NCBI GenBank assembly: GCA_964016885.1
Contig: OZ024741.1
Span: 196,106,001 to 196,170,000 of the forward strand
DNA: 64,000 bases
Direction: 5' to 3'
Source of the DNA: Eledone cirrhosa
Lineage: Eukaryota
How positions within the stretch are numbered: position 1 is the first letter of the stretch; each line of letters starts with the position of its first letter. The position numbers and the translations under genes are program-made. The notes under the pieces are model-generated. The model worked only from the letters and a program-made list of their open reading frames with translations, did no database searches and was not told the origin of the DNA. This document shows, piece after piece, positions 28,301 to 39,310 of the stretch.

Positions 28301-31300
28301 CCGGCTGTGTTGAGTAATTGGATATTCTTCTAATTATACTCACTGAAGATATATATATATCATCACCATTTAACGTCCATTTTTCCATGCTGGCATGATG
28401 TATATATTTAGTTGTGCTCTAACCACAGCCAAAGTGATAACATTGTATCTCTACACATACATAATAGAAGTAACTCTGACTGTGTATATGTGTATATACA
28501 TTTACACATTTTTAGTATATAGACATGTAAACATGCCAAATACATATTTCCATGTAAATTGAAAAAAATGATAAACCTCTTTAACCAACTTTCAAACCTA
28601 CTTAAGCTACTGTCATCACGGTACTATCTATGAGACATGATGTAGTGGCCAAAACACTATACAATGCAATCTATAGAAAAGATAGCCCCAACAATAAACA
28701 TATTAAAAGCTACAGCAATGTGGAAGACATATACATACATAATATGAAAGAGTTCTAGTGGAATATTTCAGTCAAAACCCCAATAAAATGCAAGAATAAC
28801 AGACCAGATAAAGTGATATGGGATAGGGAAAAGAAGGCAGGTACAGTAGGCCCAGCAGATGCCAATATAATATTAAAGATTAGTGAAAAGGAGAATATCT
28901 ATGCAGAACTAATGAGGAATCTACAGATATTCCACCCTTCAGATTTATGCCTGTATAAATGGGATATGTTAGTAACTGCCTCAATACAAATTCTGAGAAA
29001 CTTGACTTCACAGAAACAGAAAGATCATGACTAGTTAGGAAGTTACAAGTACAATCCATTAATGAAACTGTAAAAATATGTAAAACATTCAAAAATGTCT
29101 GCATGAAATCATCATCATCATCATCACCGTTTTACGTCCGTTCTTCCACGCTAGCATGGGTTAGACGGGTTGTCCTGTTGTGGGCAGTGTCTGGTCGGCT
29201 GACCATGCCTTGCTCATACAGGAACTGATCTGGCTTGATTTCTACAGCTGGATGCCCTTCCTAACACCAACCTCATTTACAGTGAGTGCTGGGTGCTTTT
29301 TCGTGGCGCCTACACGTCCACTTTACAGTGTGGGCTGGGTGCTTTTTTGCCGTGGCACCTCCACGACCACCTTGCGGTGGGGGGGGGGGGGGCATATTGT
29401 TTATATGCTTCAGCATGTACCCATGGGAGGTCGGGTACCCTGTATTACTGCGTGACGCCAGAAGTCACGGTCGTGTGTCATTGACTTTGAGAGGTGTAGT
29501 TGGGTAAGGTCGGCTTTTATCACCTCATCCCAAGTCATCTTGGGTCTCCCCACTCCGCGGTTTCCATCAACTTCTAGTGCTCTGCACCTTTTTATGCAGC
29601 TGTCATCCTTCATACGCATCACATGTCCATACCAGCGTAACCGCCTCTCCTGCACGCAGCATTTGATTCCTCTTATGCTCAGTCTCTCTCTCAATTCATT
29701 TATGCTTTGTCGTTCACGTATATTACTGTTACACATCCATCGGAGCATGCAAGCTTCGTTTCTCTCTAATCTACGTAAGTCTTCCACCTTCAGCGCCCAG
29801 GTCTCACTACCATGCAACATCGCTGTTCGGATACACGCATCATACAGTCTGCCTTTCATTCTGAGGGAGAAGCCTTTTGCAGCTAGCAGTGGTAGTAGTT
29901 CCCTAAACTTCTTCCATCCCGTTCTTACCCTAGTTATTGTACTTTCTGAGCACCCACCTCCGTTGCTAATTCGGTCACCTAGGTAGCAGAAGCTGTCTAC
30001 TGTTTCTACAGGGCCCTCCCAGAGATTGGTGGTACTTGTTTCCTGTGGCTGTTTGCTTGCTGTTTCAGCACAGCTGCTGCATGTGAATCCTACATTCTTA
30101 ATTAAGCTTCCTGAGATCCCGCTACATCTCTTGTGTACCCATTGTTTGCATTTGGGGCAAAGAATGGAGTTCCTACCTACACCTTTCCTACATACTGAGC
30201 AAGGCCACTTCCCTGAGGGGATCTGGGTTCTGTTTTCTCGTCTACTTATAAGGACCTTAGTCTTTGTCATGTTGACTTTGAGGCCCCTTCTCTCTAGTCC
30301 CTGCTTCCAGGTTTGGAATCTATTCTCTAGTTCTACCATAGATTCAGCTATGAGTGCGAGGTCATCAGCATAACTACATATATACACATGTATAGATACA
30401 AAACATTAGACATTGGAGGTAATGTAGTGGGAGGGTTTCAAAAGATGAGTGTTTAATAATATTGAGGGTTTAATATTATTAATTTTATTATTTTAGTTTA
30501 TTTGTTAACTTTAATGTATTTTATTTAATTGTATATGTTTAGCGTCTTCCTTTTCATTTGTTTCATTTCAATAGATGCATGTAGTGATATGTGTGTTATG
30601 GCAAAGGTTGATGTGTGGCCAACATAACATGAGGTGGCTGGTTGCTGGTTGTTGGTTGGACTATTATTTATTAGTAAGAGTATGGAGAGGGAAGGAGAGC
30701 TTCTGAGTAGTGTTAGTGTCCCTGACTTCAGCCACTTTTGCACGGGAGGACATGGGGTCATTTCATTGCTGTGTTTAAGATTTAAAACATGGACATACAT
30801 CCAAATGTGGCAGCTATCTTTTAATTGTTTATTTTCTATTATACTTTATTATTTAATGTTTATTGTTTTGTTTCACTCTGCTATTATTGGATTCAAACTC
30901 AGTCTATTTGTTTGTTTGATGTGGTTAGCATGTTATTGTGCATATGAAATAAAATAACTAAAGTACTGAAATAGTCTGTGGGTGGCTAAATTGTGAATAA
31001 CTTCACAGGATGTATTTACATAGTGTGTGTATGTGTATCTTTTGCTACTGTATATGTGTGAAAGATGTAAATATTGATGAGAAAATCGACAAACCATACA
31101 TTTGTTCCACCCAAGTTGGTTAGGTATCAACTTGTCACTCTCAGTAGCAGCATCAAAACATGGATTGCTCCATTGGAAATCTGCATCTAACAATCTACTG
31201 TTGTTCACCCAAATGTCACATAACATAAATATGTGTGTGTGTGTATTTATTTGTGTACATATGTATTTATTCCACATTTTTCATTTTCAAGGTATTTTGT

Positions 31301-34300
31301 CTCGATGGAGATGGTGCTGTTATTATGCATATGGGTTCATTAAGTACAATAGGCCAAAGAGGATCCCAGAATCTGAAGCATATCATCATTAACAATGGCT
31401 GTCATGATTCTGTTGGGGGTCAAATAACAGATGCTGGAAACCATGACAACTTTGATTTCTGTCAAATAGCCAAAAGTTGTGGTTACAAAGAGGTTAGTGT
31501 AATTTTTTTATTTTGGTTTTGTGGCAATTAGAATTCCTTATGTATATATAATTAGAAACAACAGAATAACATTACCAATACCAAGACTATAAATCTGAAT
31601 CAACCCAAATCTGTGCAGTTAGCCAAGCTTGTATAAAGGTGAAATGTATAAATAACTGTCATATCTAATGACAATAAATAAAACCATTTGACTCTCCACT
31701 TTGTATGAGTTCTATATTATTTAGTTTTACCAATGTATCACATATACCAGTGGTTCTCAACCTTGTTTTACCCATAGACCACTTTTACTCTTAATTTCTT
31801 TCCCATAACCATTCGATGAAAAAAAAATTATTTTATTTTATATTTCATGTATAGATAAGTTTAGGAATTATATTATAGAAATAGTAAATGTATATGCTTT
31901 ATTTTGAAGTAAAACTAATTTAATTGTTTCTACTTTTGGCACAAGGCCAGCAATTACCCAGTACATTACTGGTATTCTATTTTATCGACCCCGTAAGGAT
32001 GAAAGGCAAAGTGAACCTCGGTGGGATTTGAACTCAGACCGTAAAGCGACGTAACTATGCTGGAAAGCATGGCGTCCGACTCTCTACCGATACTGCCAAT
32101 CCACCGTAAAACTAATTTAATGATTATAAACTTGTATTAAACGACTAAATTCTAGGGAACATTCATGCACACTTGTAAAAATAATTCATAAAAACCATTT
32201 TAAATATCTGAGTAATTAATGAATTTAAAAAAAAGTGCAGATTCATTCAATGAGATCCCTGTAGTTGATGCTGCTCTGCTGTTTTTTTTATATTTGGCTC
32301 CATCGATGTCAATGATAGTCGAAGATTACCCCTTTTCCCAATGTCGAGTCTATTACAGGCTTTTGATAGTGAGACACATGACTAAAACCTGATTCAACAA
32401 GATCAGATGATAGAAAAGCAATAACATAGAGCTGCACTTTTACCCAAAGTAATGGATATTTTTTAGCTGTGTCATTTGTTTTCCATATATTATATTTCCC
32501 ATCTTTGAATTTTGCTTGCAATATTTCATCACTCTGCAAATCAATGAAGGTTCCCTGCAAAGAAATGTCTGCATCGGCAGCATTAACTTCAAAAGGAATT
32601 GACACCCATGCTGGTATATCCATCATTAGTAGGTCACTAAACTGAGTTTGCATATCTTCATGCACATTTTAAAAATGTTTACCATACAATGCAAGGTCAT
32701 CATCATGCAAATCAATGCTAATTGAGGAAACTGTTCAAATGCATGAGGTCCAATATTAATTTTGTAGAACTCCAGTTTTCTTAGAAAAGCAGTAATAGCA
32801 CCTTTACAGGATATGTGATCAGAATTTTTTCCTTGGAGCTATTTATTAAGTAAATTTATTTTTTCAAATATGTCTGACAAGTAAAATCTATCACATTTAG
32901 TTGCAAGCAATTGTTCTCCAAGCTGGCAGTTAGCCAAAAATGAGATAATAGAGTCCCAAAGTGTAATAAAGCGATGAAGACAATTTCCCTTCGATAGCCA
33001 CCTCACGTCAGTATGCATTACAAGGCATTCAAAGGCTTCGTAATTTTGACTACAGAATTCATGAAAGAGGCAGTCTCATAGTGAATTTGATTTAATATGG
33101 TTAACTACTTTTATCACAATATTAAGGGTATCGTGCAAACATCCACACAATTGCTTTGCAACTAAGTACTGATGGTGTATTACACAATGTATGCAAAATA
33201 CTTCTGGGACAGCCATTTTTAAGTGTGCAATAAAACCTCTGCCTATCATGGATGGAGACGAAGCAATTATATTTTTGAGTGGAATATTGCTTTCCTTGAA
33301 ATAAGTGACAAATTCATTGAAAATTGTTTCACTTTTTGTATCAGACTTCTGACAAAGAGCATTTCCTCTCTGAGTCTGTTATCATCTATAAATCTCACAT
33401 AGGCTAATATAATGGCTTCATTATCTCGTAACGTAGATTCATTAAGTTGAAGGCAAACTGTTTTACTTGCAGGTTGGCTATTAATTGTTTTTCTACAACC
33501 TCCACCATTTCATCAATGCGTCACAACTCAGATGAGTTGCTTTTGCATTTTGTTTCATAACTGATGAAATTATAACAAACTCTGCTGGCAAAATTATTGT
33601 TTCACCAATATTATGGGGTTTTCCAATCTTTGCTATTATATTGAAAATTTCATAAGATGCCAGTAAACCATCATAAGATGCCAGTAAACCATCATTTTTT
33701 TACTTACTTGGTTACTAAATACCTGATTCACTGTTTTTCTCGCTTGAAAATTATCAAAGTTTTCTAAAGTATTCTACTGGCTGGTTTTTATTTTCTTTGT
33801 GCTTGGTCTCAAGATGGATTTTAAGCTTACAAGCTTTCCTGCTATTATTTGAAAGTACATCCATACATATGAGACACATTGGTTTCATTAGATTGTGTGA
33901 TGATGGAATAAATTCATAAAACAAATATTCAACACATCTTCTTCGTTGGAGTGGCCCTGGGTGATCTGTAAAAAGAAATGCTGCACAGACGTTGAGAAGT
34001 TCCATATCATTGCATTGGGAAATGAAAATGTGTCAGTAAAAGATATTGTTGAAAGAACTGGTAGGAACCATGTAACCATAAAACGTATCACATGCCAGGC
34101 AGCCGCTACTGGCAGTTTTGATGTTCAACCTCAGAAAACCATCCAGAGAAGACATTAGAAACCATTAACATTACTTTCACAGTGTATCCAGAACCAGTGA
34201 TTCAGCCTGCACCTCATCTTCCCGCTAAGAAAAGTAGGCTGTTTATATAGTCATCCATGCTATGCGCAAGGCCTCACCTTAACCTAGGATTGATATTTGT

Positions 34301-36554
34301 TAAGTAGACCACATTAGGAATATAGAGCGAGTACCCGACCATAATGCTCATGCAAATTAATAGAAAAGCTGTTTAATAAACACAAACAACATTCCTACAT
34401 AAATTTTCTCATGCAATGATATAAATTAATCTATATTATAAAGCTGACGGCCGTATGTATGTATGTAACAAACTTTTTGCCAAATGGCTGGACCAAAAAG
34501 CGCCAAATTTGCACCATAGATGTAACTTTTTCCAAGTAAGAGTGTGAGAGTATTTTTGTCTTCTAAATTTCGTTAAAAGATTAAAGATATTTTATCGTTT
34601 ATTTAAATATTCATTTCTTTAAAATTTTCAAATGTCAACACTTCCGGTTATACTACATTCCTCTTTCTTTCTTTGTCTCTCTTTTTAGATAGATACATAG
34701 CTATAACGTCACGCCCTTATAATATGTCTCTGTATGTCTGGCTGTCTGCATTAGATACATAGCTATAACGTTGCATGCTTATAATATGTTTGTCTGACTG
34801 CCTGTCTGCATTGACTTCGCTTCTAACCAAATTTTAATTAATTCAGTGCAAAGATACCGCTCACCCTCTCAATAATTAATTATATATATATAATTAGTAA
34901 TAATAATAACTGTGAAGACTAAAATCCAAAGAGGGCTCAATAAGGATAAATATATATCAAATATAAAAGAACCCCAGAGCAAATATTGTTCTCATTGCTG
35001 ACGTATTATCTTCGCTTTTTTCTGCTCATTGCCAGGGAACGTCTTCACGAACCAAAGTATTGTCTTCCTGTTTTCCTTCGGCTGCAACATTTTTCGAAAT
35101 ATTTACTTCTGCGTTCACAGATTGATTTTTTTAGTTTCAGAAGATCCCGTTAAGGGTGAAAGCAGCGATTCTTTGCTTAAACTTTAATCTGTTATTTTAA
35201 TATATATATATATAATTATATATTCGTGTACAGATATTTTTGCATACACAAAAACAAAATATAAGCAAACATATTTATTTCATGAAAGCACAGATGGCTT
35301 ATCATCATTGTTATTGCCGATATGCCACCCAAAATGTCCCAGCCTGGCCGCAAGATCAGATTTTCCAGAAGACAAAATGTTACTAGAGCAACAGGGACTA
35401 AGCTTTGCGATTACCATCAACAAAGCTCAGGGTCAAACCCTAAAAGTGGCTGGCCTTCATCTGGGAAAACCATGCTTCTCCCATGGTCAATTGTATGTAG
35501 GATGCTCTAGGGTGAGCTCGCCAAACAATCTCTTCATCTTTGCTCCCAAGGACCGAACAAAAAATATTGTATACTCTGAGGCTCTAACAATGTAATTTAT
35601 GTATTTTCTGTTACTTGGAATTTCCATTATGGTTGTACAAATTATTGTAAAGTTTGTTAAAAAATGTGTTCTCTGTTCAGCCTTTATTGTTGTAACTATC
35701 AATTTTATTTAACATATTGGCTGCTGAACTGGGGAATCCTAAAAACTATTCAAACCCAACATCAGAGCACGCCCCCCCCCCCCCCCCTCACTGACTTGAG
35801 AGGGTGTGCGGTATCTTTGCACTGGAGTGGAGGGAGGATTCCTGAAAAGATAAAATGCCGGTATACCTAGCCGGGCGCCAGCCGGACAGGCCAGCTAGTA
35901 CTATATAAATACTAAGGTGCAGTCTTATAATAGAACAAGAGATTATTCGAGTTACTGGTTATGGATATATTGTGTTACTTCCCTCTTCATAGGGTGTCAG
36001 TTTCACCACCAATAATCATTTCACTCTCCAAATAAAAGGATTTCCATGTGTAGGCCTATTAGTTAGAAAATAGGCTTACTGCACCATATGTTTTCTGGAA
36101 CAAAAGGATGACGTTGGTCATCTAGAAAACACACATGGTGTTTATCAGGCTGTTTGCTGGCAAAGAAACCGAATATTAATAATATTACTATTCACTCATG
36201 GATACATTTAGGTATCCACCATGTTAAGAGCGAAAACGAATTTTCTTTTATATATAGATATATAATATATATATTATATATGCATATGTATGTATCATGT
36301 ACATGAGTGTATGATACAACTATATAGTTACTTCCTACTTTTGTTATATAAATATTTCTTTATTTTATATTCAGGCAAAAACAGCTATATCTGATGAAGA
36401 ATTAAAAGAAGGTGTTCTTTGGCTACGACAGACAACAGGGCCTGCATTGCTAGAAATAAAAGTTAACACAGGCGGACGGGCCGATTTGGGACGCCCTACA
36501 CGTACGACTCATGAGAACAAAACTGATTTTATGCACTTTTTAGCCATAAAGTAA
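3973..36554 (+). CDS. aepY: Spliced phosphonopyruvate decarboxylase (Ppd/AepY), 5'-partial; join(3973-4103,6730-6889,15979-16034,16459-16565,17654-17764,23581-23686,31292-31492,36375-36554)
   Basis: Manual splicing gives 1052 nt in one open frame (about 350 aa) ending in TAA. All acceptors are AG; donors are GT x6 and GC x1. Motifs seen: [81 protein letters not shown], ThDP-binding GDG...NN and C-terminal DLGRP, all characteristic of Ppd. Confidence 0.93.
4861..5045 (-). mobile_element. SINE family A (diverged head)
   Basis: Same central and 3' sequence as 1141-1324. Confidence 0.8.
6730..6889 (+). CDS. aepY: Ppd coding exon B: [53 protein letters not shown]
   Basis: Acceptor ctgatctag, donor G|gtttgt; joins exon A to restore YLQ-NSGLGN. 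Confidence 0.93.
6993..7605 (+). mobile_element. Three head-to-tail SINE copies (about 6993-7200, 7208-7412, 7419-7605)
   Basis: Three successive GAGTTCAAAT B-boxes, each followed by CTTTCATCCTT...GATAAAAT. Confidence 0.8.
7662..8033. mobile_element. MITE-like element with imperfect terminal inverted repeats and TA ends
   Basis: TACTCTCAGGTCCCAAATAA at the left end versus TTATTCAAGATCTGAGAGTA at the right end. Confidence 0.5.
10055..10590 (+). mobile_element. RTE LINE 3' fragment (subfamily B) with (GAT)n tail
   Basis: [14 protein letters not shown]...EKTRLT* and a 3' UTR nearly identical to 14445-14970. Confidence 0.9.
12100..12580 (+). mobile_element. Old RTE-clade LINE 3' fragment related to the 45773-47094 family
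   Basis: [13 protein letters not shown]...[15 protein letters not shown], with stops. Confidence 0.7.
12953..13260 (-). mobile_element. Mariner-like terminal fragment
   Basis: TACGAGG-type terminus followed by decayed transposase-like sequence; contains a roughly 35-bp internal duplication at 13133-13207. Confidence 0.35.
13395..13518 (+). mobile_element. 5'-truncated SINE family A
   Basis: B-box to GAAACAATT end, flanked by the ATTATTTTATTTGTTTA duplication (TSD). Confidence 0.85.
13780..14060. repeat. Imperfect 45-55 bp tandem repeat derived from an RTE 3' UTR (about 6 units)
   Basis: Repeated GCATGAC...TTACAGGGT.GACTGGGTG.(T)n.GTCATGGCA. Confidence 0.7.
14100..14970 (+). mobile_element. 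RTE LINE 3' fragment (subfamily B)
   Basis: GSETWAL...[13 protein letters not shown]...[11 protein letters not shown]...GRPRKTW, then 3' UTR and (GAT)n tail. Confidence 0.92.
15625..15895 (-). mobile_element. RTE-clade LINE 3' fragment (uninterrupted paralog of the Gypsy host element)
   Basis: Minus strand AAACCAACTGGCAGGAGACCCAGGGGTAGACCCCAAGCAGGATGGTTGGATAACATC ([19 protein letters not shown]), with a purine-rich tail. Confidence 0.65.
15979..16034 (+). CDS. aepY: Ppd coding exon C: (A)[18 protein letters not shown]
   Basis: Acceptor ttctttgtgtctttccag, donor CAG|gtgaat; phase 1 in, phase 0 out, matching both neighbours. Confidence 0.85.
16459..16565 (+). CDS. aepY: Ppd coding exon D: [35 protein letters not shown](E)
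   Basis: Acceptor ttttttatag, donor GA|gtatgt; matches the P-x-x-LLVR-x-x-TF segment of Ppd. Confidence 0.87.
17278..17386. repeat. (TTC)n microsatellite
   Basis: Directly visible. Confidence 0.97.
17654..17764 (+). CDS. aepY: Ppd coding exon E: [36 protein letters not shown](R)
   Basis: Acceptor cctttgatag, donor AG|gtaagc; contains TREEA and VSTTG-x-x-SRELFE motifs. Confidence 0.92.
18555..21814 (+). mobile_element. Internally deleted Gypsy LTR retrotransposon, CsRn1/Kabuki-like
   Basis: ACCC TSD (18551-18554 and 21815-21818); Gag from about 19332 (WFAQIESHF...LGD...PSQFL...CYYHSRFG); GGGAAAC slippery site at 20104-20110; RT N-terminus ([20 protein letters not shown]) fused to integrase C-terminus (PPYTGPY...VSVDRIK); PPT-like AAACGGAGGG before 21412. 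Confidence 0.85.
22026..23430. repeat. 59-bp minisatellite, about 24 near-identical copies
   Basis: Unit GTAAGGCTCAAGTGTATGAGGTGTGTACCAACGAATCTATGATCAGATGTTGATATACT; no spacers. Confidence 0.97.
23581..23686 (+). CDS. aepY: Ppd coding exon F: [35 protein letters not shown]
   Basis: Acceptor attatttcag, non-canonical donor CAG|gcaagt; contains [10 protein letters not shown]. Confidence 0.92.
23775..25945 (-). mobile_element. RTE LINE (subfamily C), 5'-truncated and frameshifted
   Basis: RT motifs [28 protein letters not shown], then a PHD-like Cys region and C-terminal RLRWYGHV; (GAT)n tail. Confidence 0.92.
26218..27274 (-). mobile_element. RTE LINE 3' fragment (subfamily B) inserted in the PLE
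   Basis: ORF 26579-27334 C-terminal RTE domain; (GAT)n tail at 26218-26236. Confidence 0.92.
27785..27827 (+). ncRNA. Hammerhead ribozyme-like motif (PLE copy 2)
   Basis: GTCA-CTGAGGA-G-GTCACA-GAATG-TGTGGC-GAAA-GAGC-TT-TGAT; homologous to 1586-1628. Confidence 0.55.
28600..29105 (+). mobile_element. R4/Dong-like LINE C-terminal (RLE) fragment
   Basis: [13 protein letters not shown]...RPDKVIWD...[14 protein letters not shown]; closely similar to 59482-60010. Confidence 0.85.
29109..30375 (-). mobile_element. RTE LINE 3' portion (subfamily A) with PHD-like finger
   Basis: ORF 29410-30387 from YADDL to the C-terminus; 3' UTR and (GAT)n tail. Confidence 0.93.
31292..31492 (+). CDS. aepY: Ppd coding exon G: [67 protein letters not shown]
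   Basis: Acceptor ttttcattttcaag, donor GAG|gttagt; contains the ThDP/Mg-binding GDG...NN motif and HDSVGGQ. Confidence 0.93.
31748..33950 (-). mobile_element. Degraded hAT-Charlie/Buster transposon (ZBED5/SCAND3-like transposase)
   Basis: CAGTGGTTCTCAACC terminus; BED-like [12 protein letters not shown]...[10 protein letters not shown] and C-terminal AF.SS.LVESGFS; many stops. Confidence 0.8.
31921..32105 (-). mobile_element. SINE family A inserted in the hAT element
   Basis: Full SINE with GTAAAACTAATTTAAT target duplication. Confidence 0.88.
33960..34310 (+). mobile_element. Tc1-like transposase N-terminal fragment
   Basis: [32 protein letters not shown] resembles a Tc1 HTH. Confidence 0.4.
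34430..35898 (+). mobile_element. Non-autonomous Helitron with PIF1-helicase C-terminal remnant
   Basis: A|TC 5' end, GC-rich subterminal palindrome (CCGG...CCGG) and CTAG|T 3' end; [13 protein letters not shown]...[13 protein letters not shown]...[10 protein letters not shown]. Confidence 0.88.
36375..36554 (+). CDS. aepY: Ppd last coding exon: [59 protein letters not shown]
   Basis: Acceptor tattttatattcag; contains the GP-x-x-LEIKV...DLGRP...ENK-x-x-FM C-terminus typical of Ppd; TAA stop. Confidence 0.92.
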   Translation, partial: AKTAISDEELKEGVLWLRQTTGPALLEIKVNTGGRADLGRPTRTTHENKTDFMHFLAIK

Positions 36555-36676
36555 AACTAAACTGCTGTAAGAAGGTATTCACTTAAGCCTATGACTATAG
36601 TGTATATTTAATTTCAAATCTAGGTTATGTGCTGTATGTGTGTATAAGGATGGGTGTATCATCGTAAATATGGAAT

Positions 36677-36682
36677 AATAAA
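36677..36682 (+). promoter_or_regulatory. Candidate polyadenylation signal AATAAA for Ppd
   Basis: First AATAAA about 120 nt after the stop, followed by GT-rich sequence; AT-rich context makes this weak. Confidence 0.35.
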
Positions 36683-37088
36683 AGTGAATGTAAAAGTAGT
36701 GTGTGTGTGTGTGTGTGTTTATATGTATATATACATACATATACATATATATATATACATATACATACACACACATACACACACACACACACACATATAT
36801 TATATATTATATATATATATATATATGTATATATTTATATATGTATAGTATATATATATATGTGTGTATATATACACGTGTGTGTGTGTGTGTTAGTGCA
36901 GGTATGTATGTGTGTGTATCAACACACATTCTGATGACTTGTATAAACCTATCTACTACACCTATAAACTACAAGGTCAAATGATTTAACATGTACAGTG
37001 TAAGTATTAATGTGGTGTGGTAAATAAATATATACACATATACACCAGGTCTGAACACAATGGAACCAAACTCTCACTGTCACTACCT

Positions 37089-37111
37089 TTCTCTCTCTCT
37101 CTCTCTCTCTT

Positions 37112-37200
<89 letters not shown>

Positions 37201-37594
37201 TTCTCCCTCTCTCCCTCTCCCCCTCTCTCTCTATCTCTATCTATCTCTATCTATCTCTATCTCTATCTCTATCTATCTCTATCTATCTCTATCTCTATCT
37301 ATCTCTATCTATCTCTATCTCTATCTATCTCTATCTATCTCTATCTCTATCTATCTCTATCTCTATCTATCTCTATCTATCTCTATCTATCTCTATCTCT
37401 ATCTATCTATCTCTATCTCTATCTATCTCTATCTATCTCTATCTCTCTCTATCTCTATCTATCTCTATCGCTATCTATCTCTATCTATCTCTATCTCTAT
37501 CTATCTCTATCTATCTCTATCTATCTCTATCTATCTCTATCTCTATCTATCTCTATCTATCTCTATCTCTCTCTATCTCTATCATCTCTATCTA

Positions 37595-37665
<71 letters not shown>
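37089..37665. repeat. Compound (CT)n/(ATCT)n/(ATCTCT)n microsatellite
   Basis: Directly visible, about 580 bp. Confidence 0.97.
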
Positions 37666-37667
<2 letters not shown>

Positions 37668-38762
37668 ATTCATCTCTCACAATTATAAGCAAATGAGGGT
37701 CCATATACTGGCAGCCCATTCAAATGCTGATCTGAGTCAATCTTGTCCCATTTAGTTTTTTGTTTCTTTTTTTCTAAATTTATAAAACACCTTTATTGAT
37801 TTCAGTAGGAAATAATTATTTGTCCTCATTGTTTTCTTTCTTTCTTTCTTTCTTTCTTTCTTTTCCGTGTGCTATCAATTAAATTTAACTCTGAATATGC
37901 TGCAAAGGACTTTTTTTTCTGGAAAACACAATAAGGAGAGGGAAACTCTCAGACTGTTCAACCCGCTCCCCCAAAATTTTCTTTCCCATTTTTTTCCCCT
38001 AAGTTTTTTCATGTACTATCAACCAGCCCTAACCTTAATCTTACATTTTCCTGGGAAAATGTCCTTTGCAACATGTTCAGGGGTAAGTTTAATTGATAGT
38101 ACACGGAAAAAAAAACTGAGAAAAAATACTGTTTTCACACTGAAACTGATGGAGGTGTTCTTCTATAATAATACCCTTTTTTTTCTCAAAGAACTCCCAC
38201 TATTCTCATAGCACTGGAACATATATTTCTTTGTTTTTTTTTGTTTTTGTTTTTTTTTGTTTACTTTTAAGTGGGAGTCCCCAGTTAGATTTATGCTGAT
38301 GTAGATCAATGTAATCCTAACAATTCTAGTGACTATCTTTATTTCCTGCTGTGAACAGGATTAAAAACATTTCTAGTTTTCTATGTATTCACATTATATA
38401 TCATTACTACCATTCGTTATGTCCTTGAGCAAGACACTTTATTTCACGTTGCTCCTTCTACCTGGAGATAGTATTAGCAATTGGAAAGACCGATGAAAAC
38501 ATTGTTTCCTCAGTCCGATTTGACAAAAGTCAATTGACTGTCGACTACCATTTGTATATGTGCTATGTATTAGTACATGGTACATCTAATTCTGAAACAA
38601 TTTACCTGATTTAAAACATAATTTGCTTTGCAAACTGCTTCATTTTCTAGCTTTTATTTTATTATATGAGAGCATTATTTGTTACATTCACCTGTCACTC
38701 CCTATGATATTAATCCAATTTTGAAATGGTTGAATATACTTATAGAAAATAAAAATGATTTT

Positions 38763-39190
38763 ATTATATTTTGGGAGGATCATGTTGGCAATACAAACAT
38801 AGGCACCAGTTTAGTTTCACTTTAATTATTAGTTAGGTAACTAATCCATTCCTCAGTTAGATTAGTAATCAGATGGTTATTTAGTTGTCATATTCAATTG
38901 TCAAATTCTTTTGTCACACATTCTGTGACCTTCTCAATGACAAACTGTTCTTGCTCCTGTGACTCTTTGTTTTGAGCTTGTTCAACTTACTCCATCTTAT
39001 CTTTCTACACACCACAGTTACTAAACTAACTGATGAATAAATTAGATACTTAACTAATAATAAAACTGAAGTCAAACTCAACTGGTGTGTGTGTTTTTAT
39101 AGGCAACATAACCCTCCCAAAGTATAACAATATCTATTTCATTAAATGATTTTAAATCAAGAATCTTGCAAAACAAGTACAAAAATATAA
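38763..39190. mobile_element. Old PLE pLTR remnants in inverted arrangement with a decayed hammerhead (38900-38941, minus)
   Basis: TTTGGGAGGATCATGTTGGCAATA...CACCAGTT versus AACTGGTG...GGCAACATAACCCTCCCAAAGTATAACAATAT; homologous to the ends at 1428 and 27960. Confidence 0.65.
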
Positions 39191-39310
39191 AAAATTATTT
39201 TCTTTTTTTTTAAATGGAAAAAAAATCAAAGATGGTTTACAATGGTTCCACAAGGAGAGGGCTCTGGGGAAATAATAAAGAAACTATTCAAATGTTCTAT
39301 TGCCTATCAA

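Noticed and set aside
16483-31531. ORF-track ORFs 16483-16674 and 31235-31531 as standalone genes
   Set aside because: They are Ppd exons D and G read through into intron sequence.
35308-35595. Host PIF1 helicase gene
   Set aside because: It is only a C-terminal fragment inside TC...CTAG Helitron termini.
3973-36554. Ppd as bacterial contamination or very recent horizontal transfer
   Set aside because: Seven spliceosomal introns filled with host TEs show long residence; ancient origin needs a phylogeny.
36579-37755. Long low-complexity ORFs (also 17150-17462, 48775-49569, 50920-51212, 55796-56348, 57979-58373, 63190-63522)
   Set aside because: They are translations of microsatellites with no stop codons.
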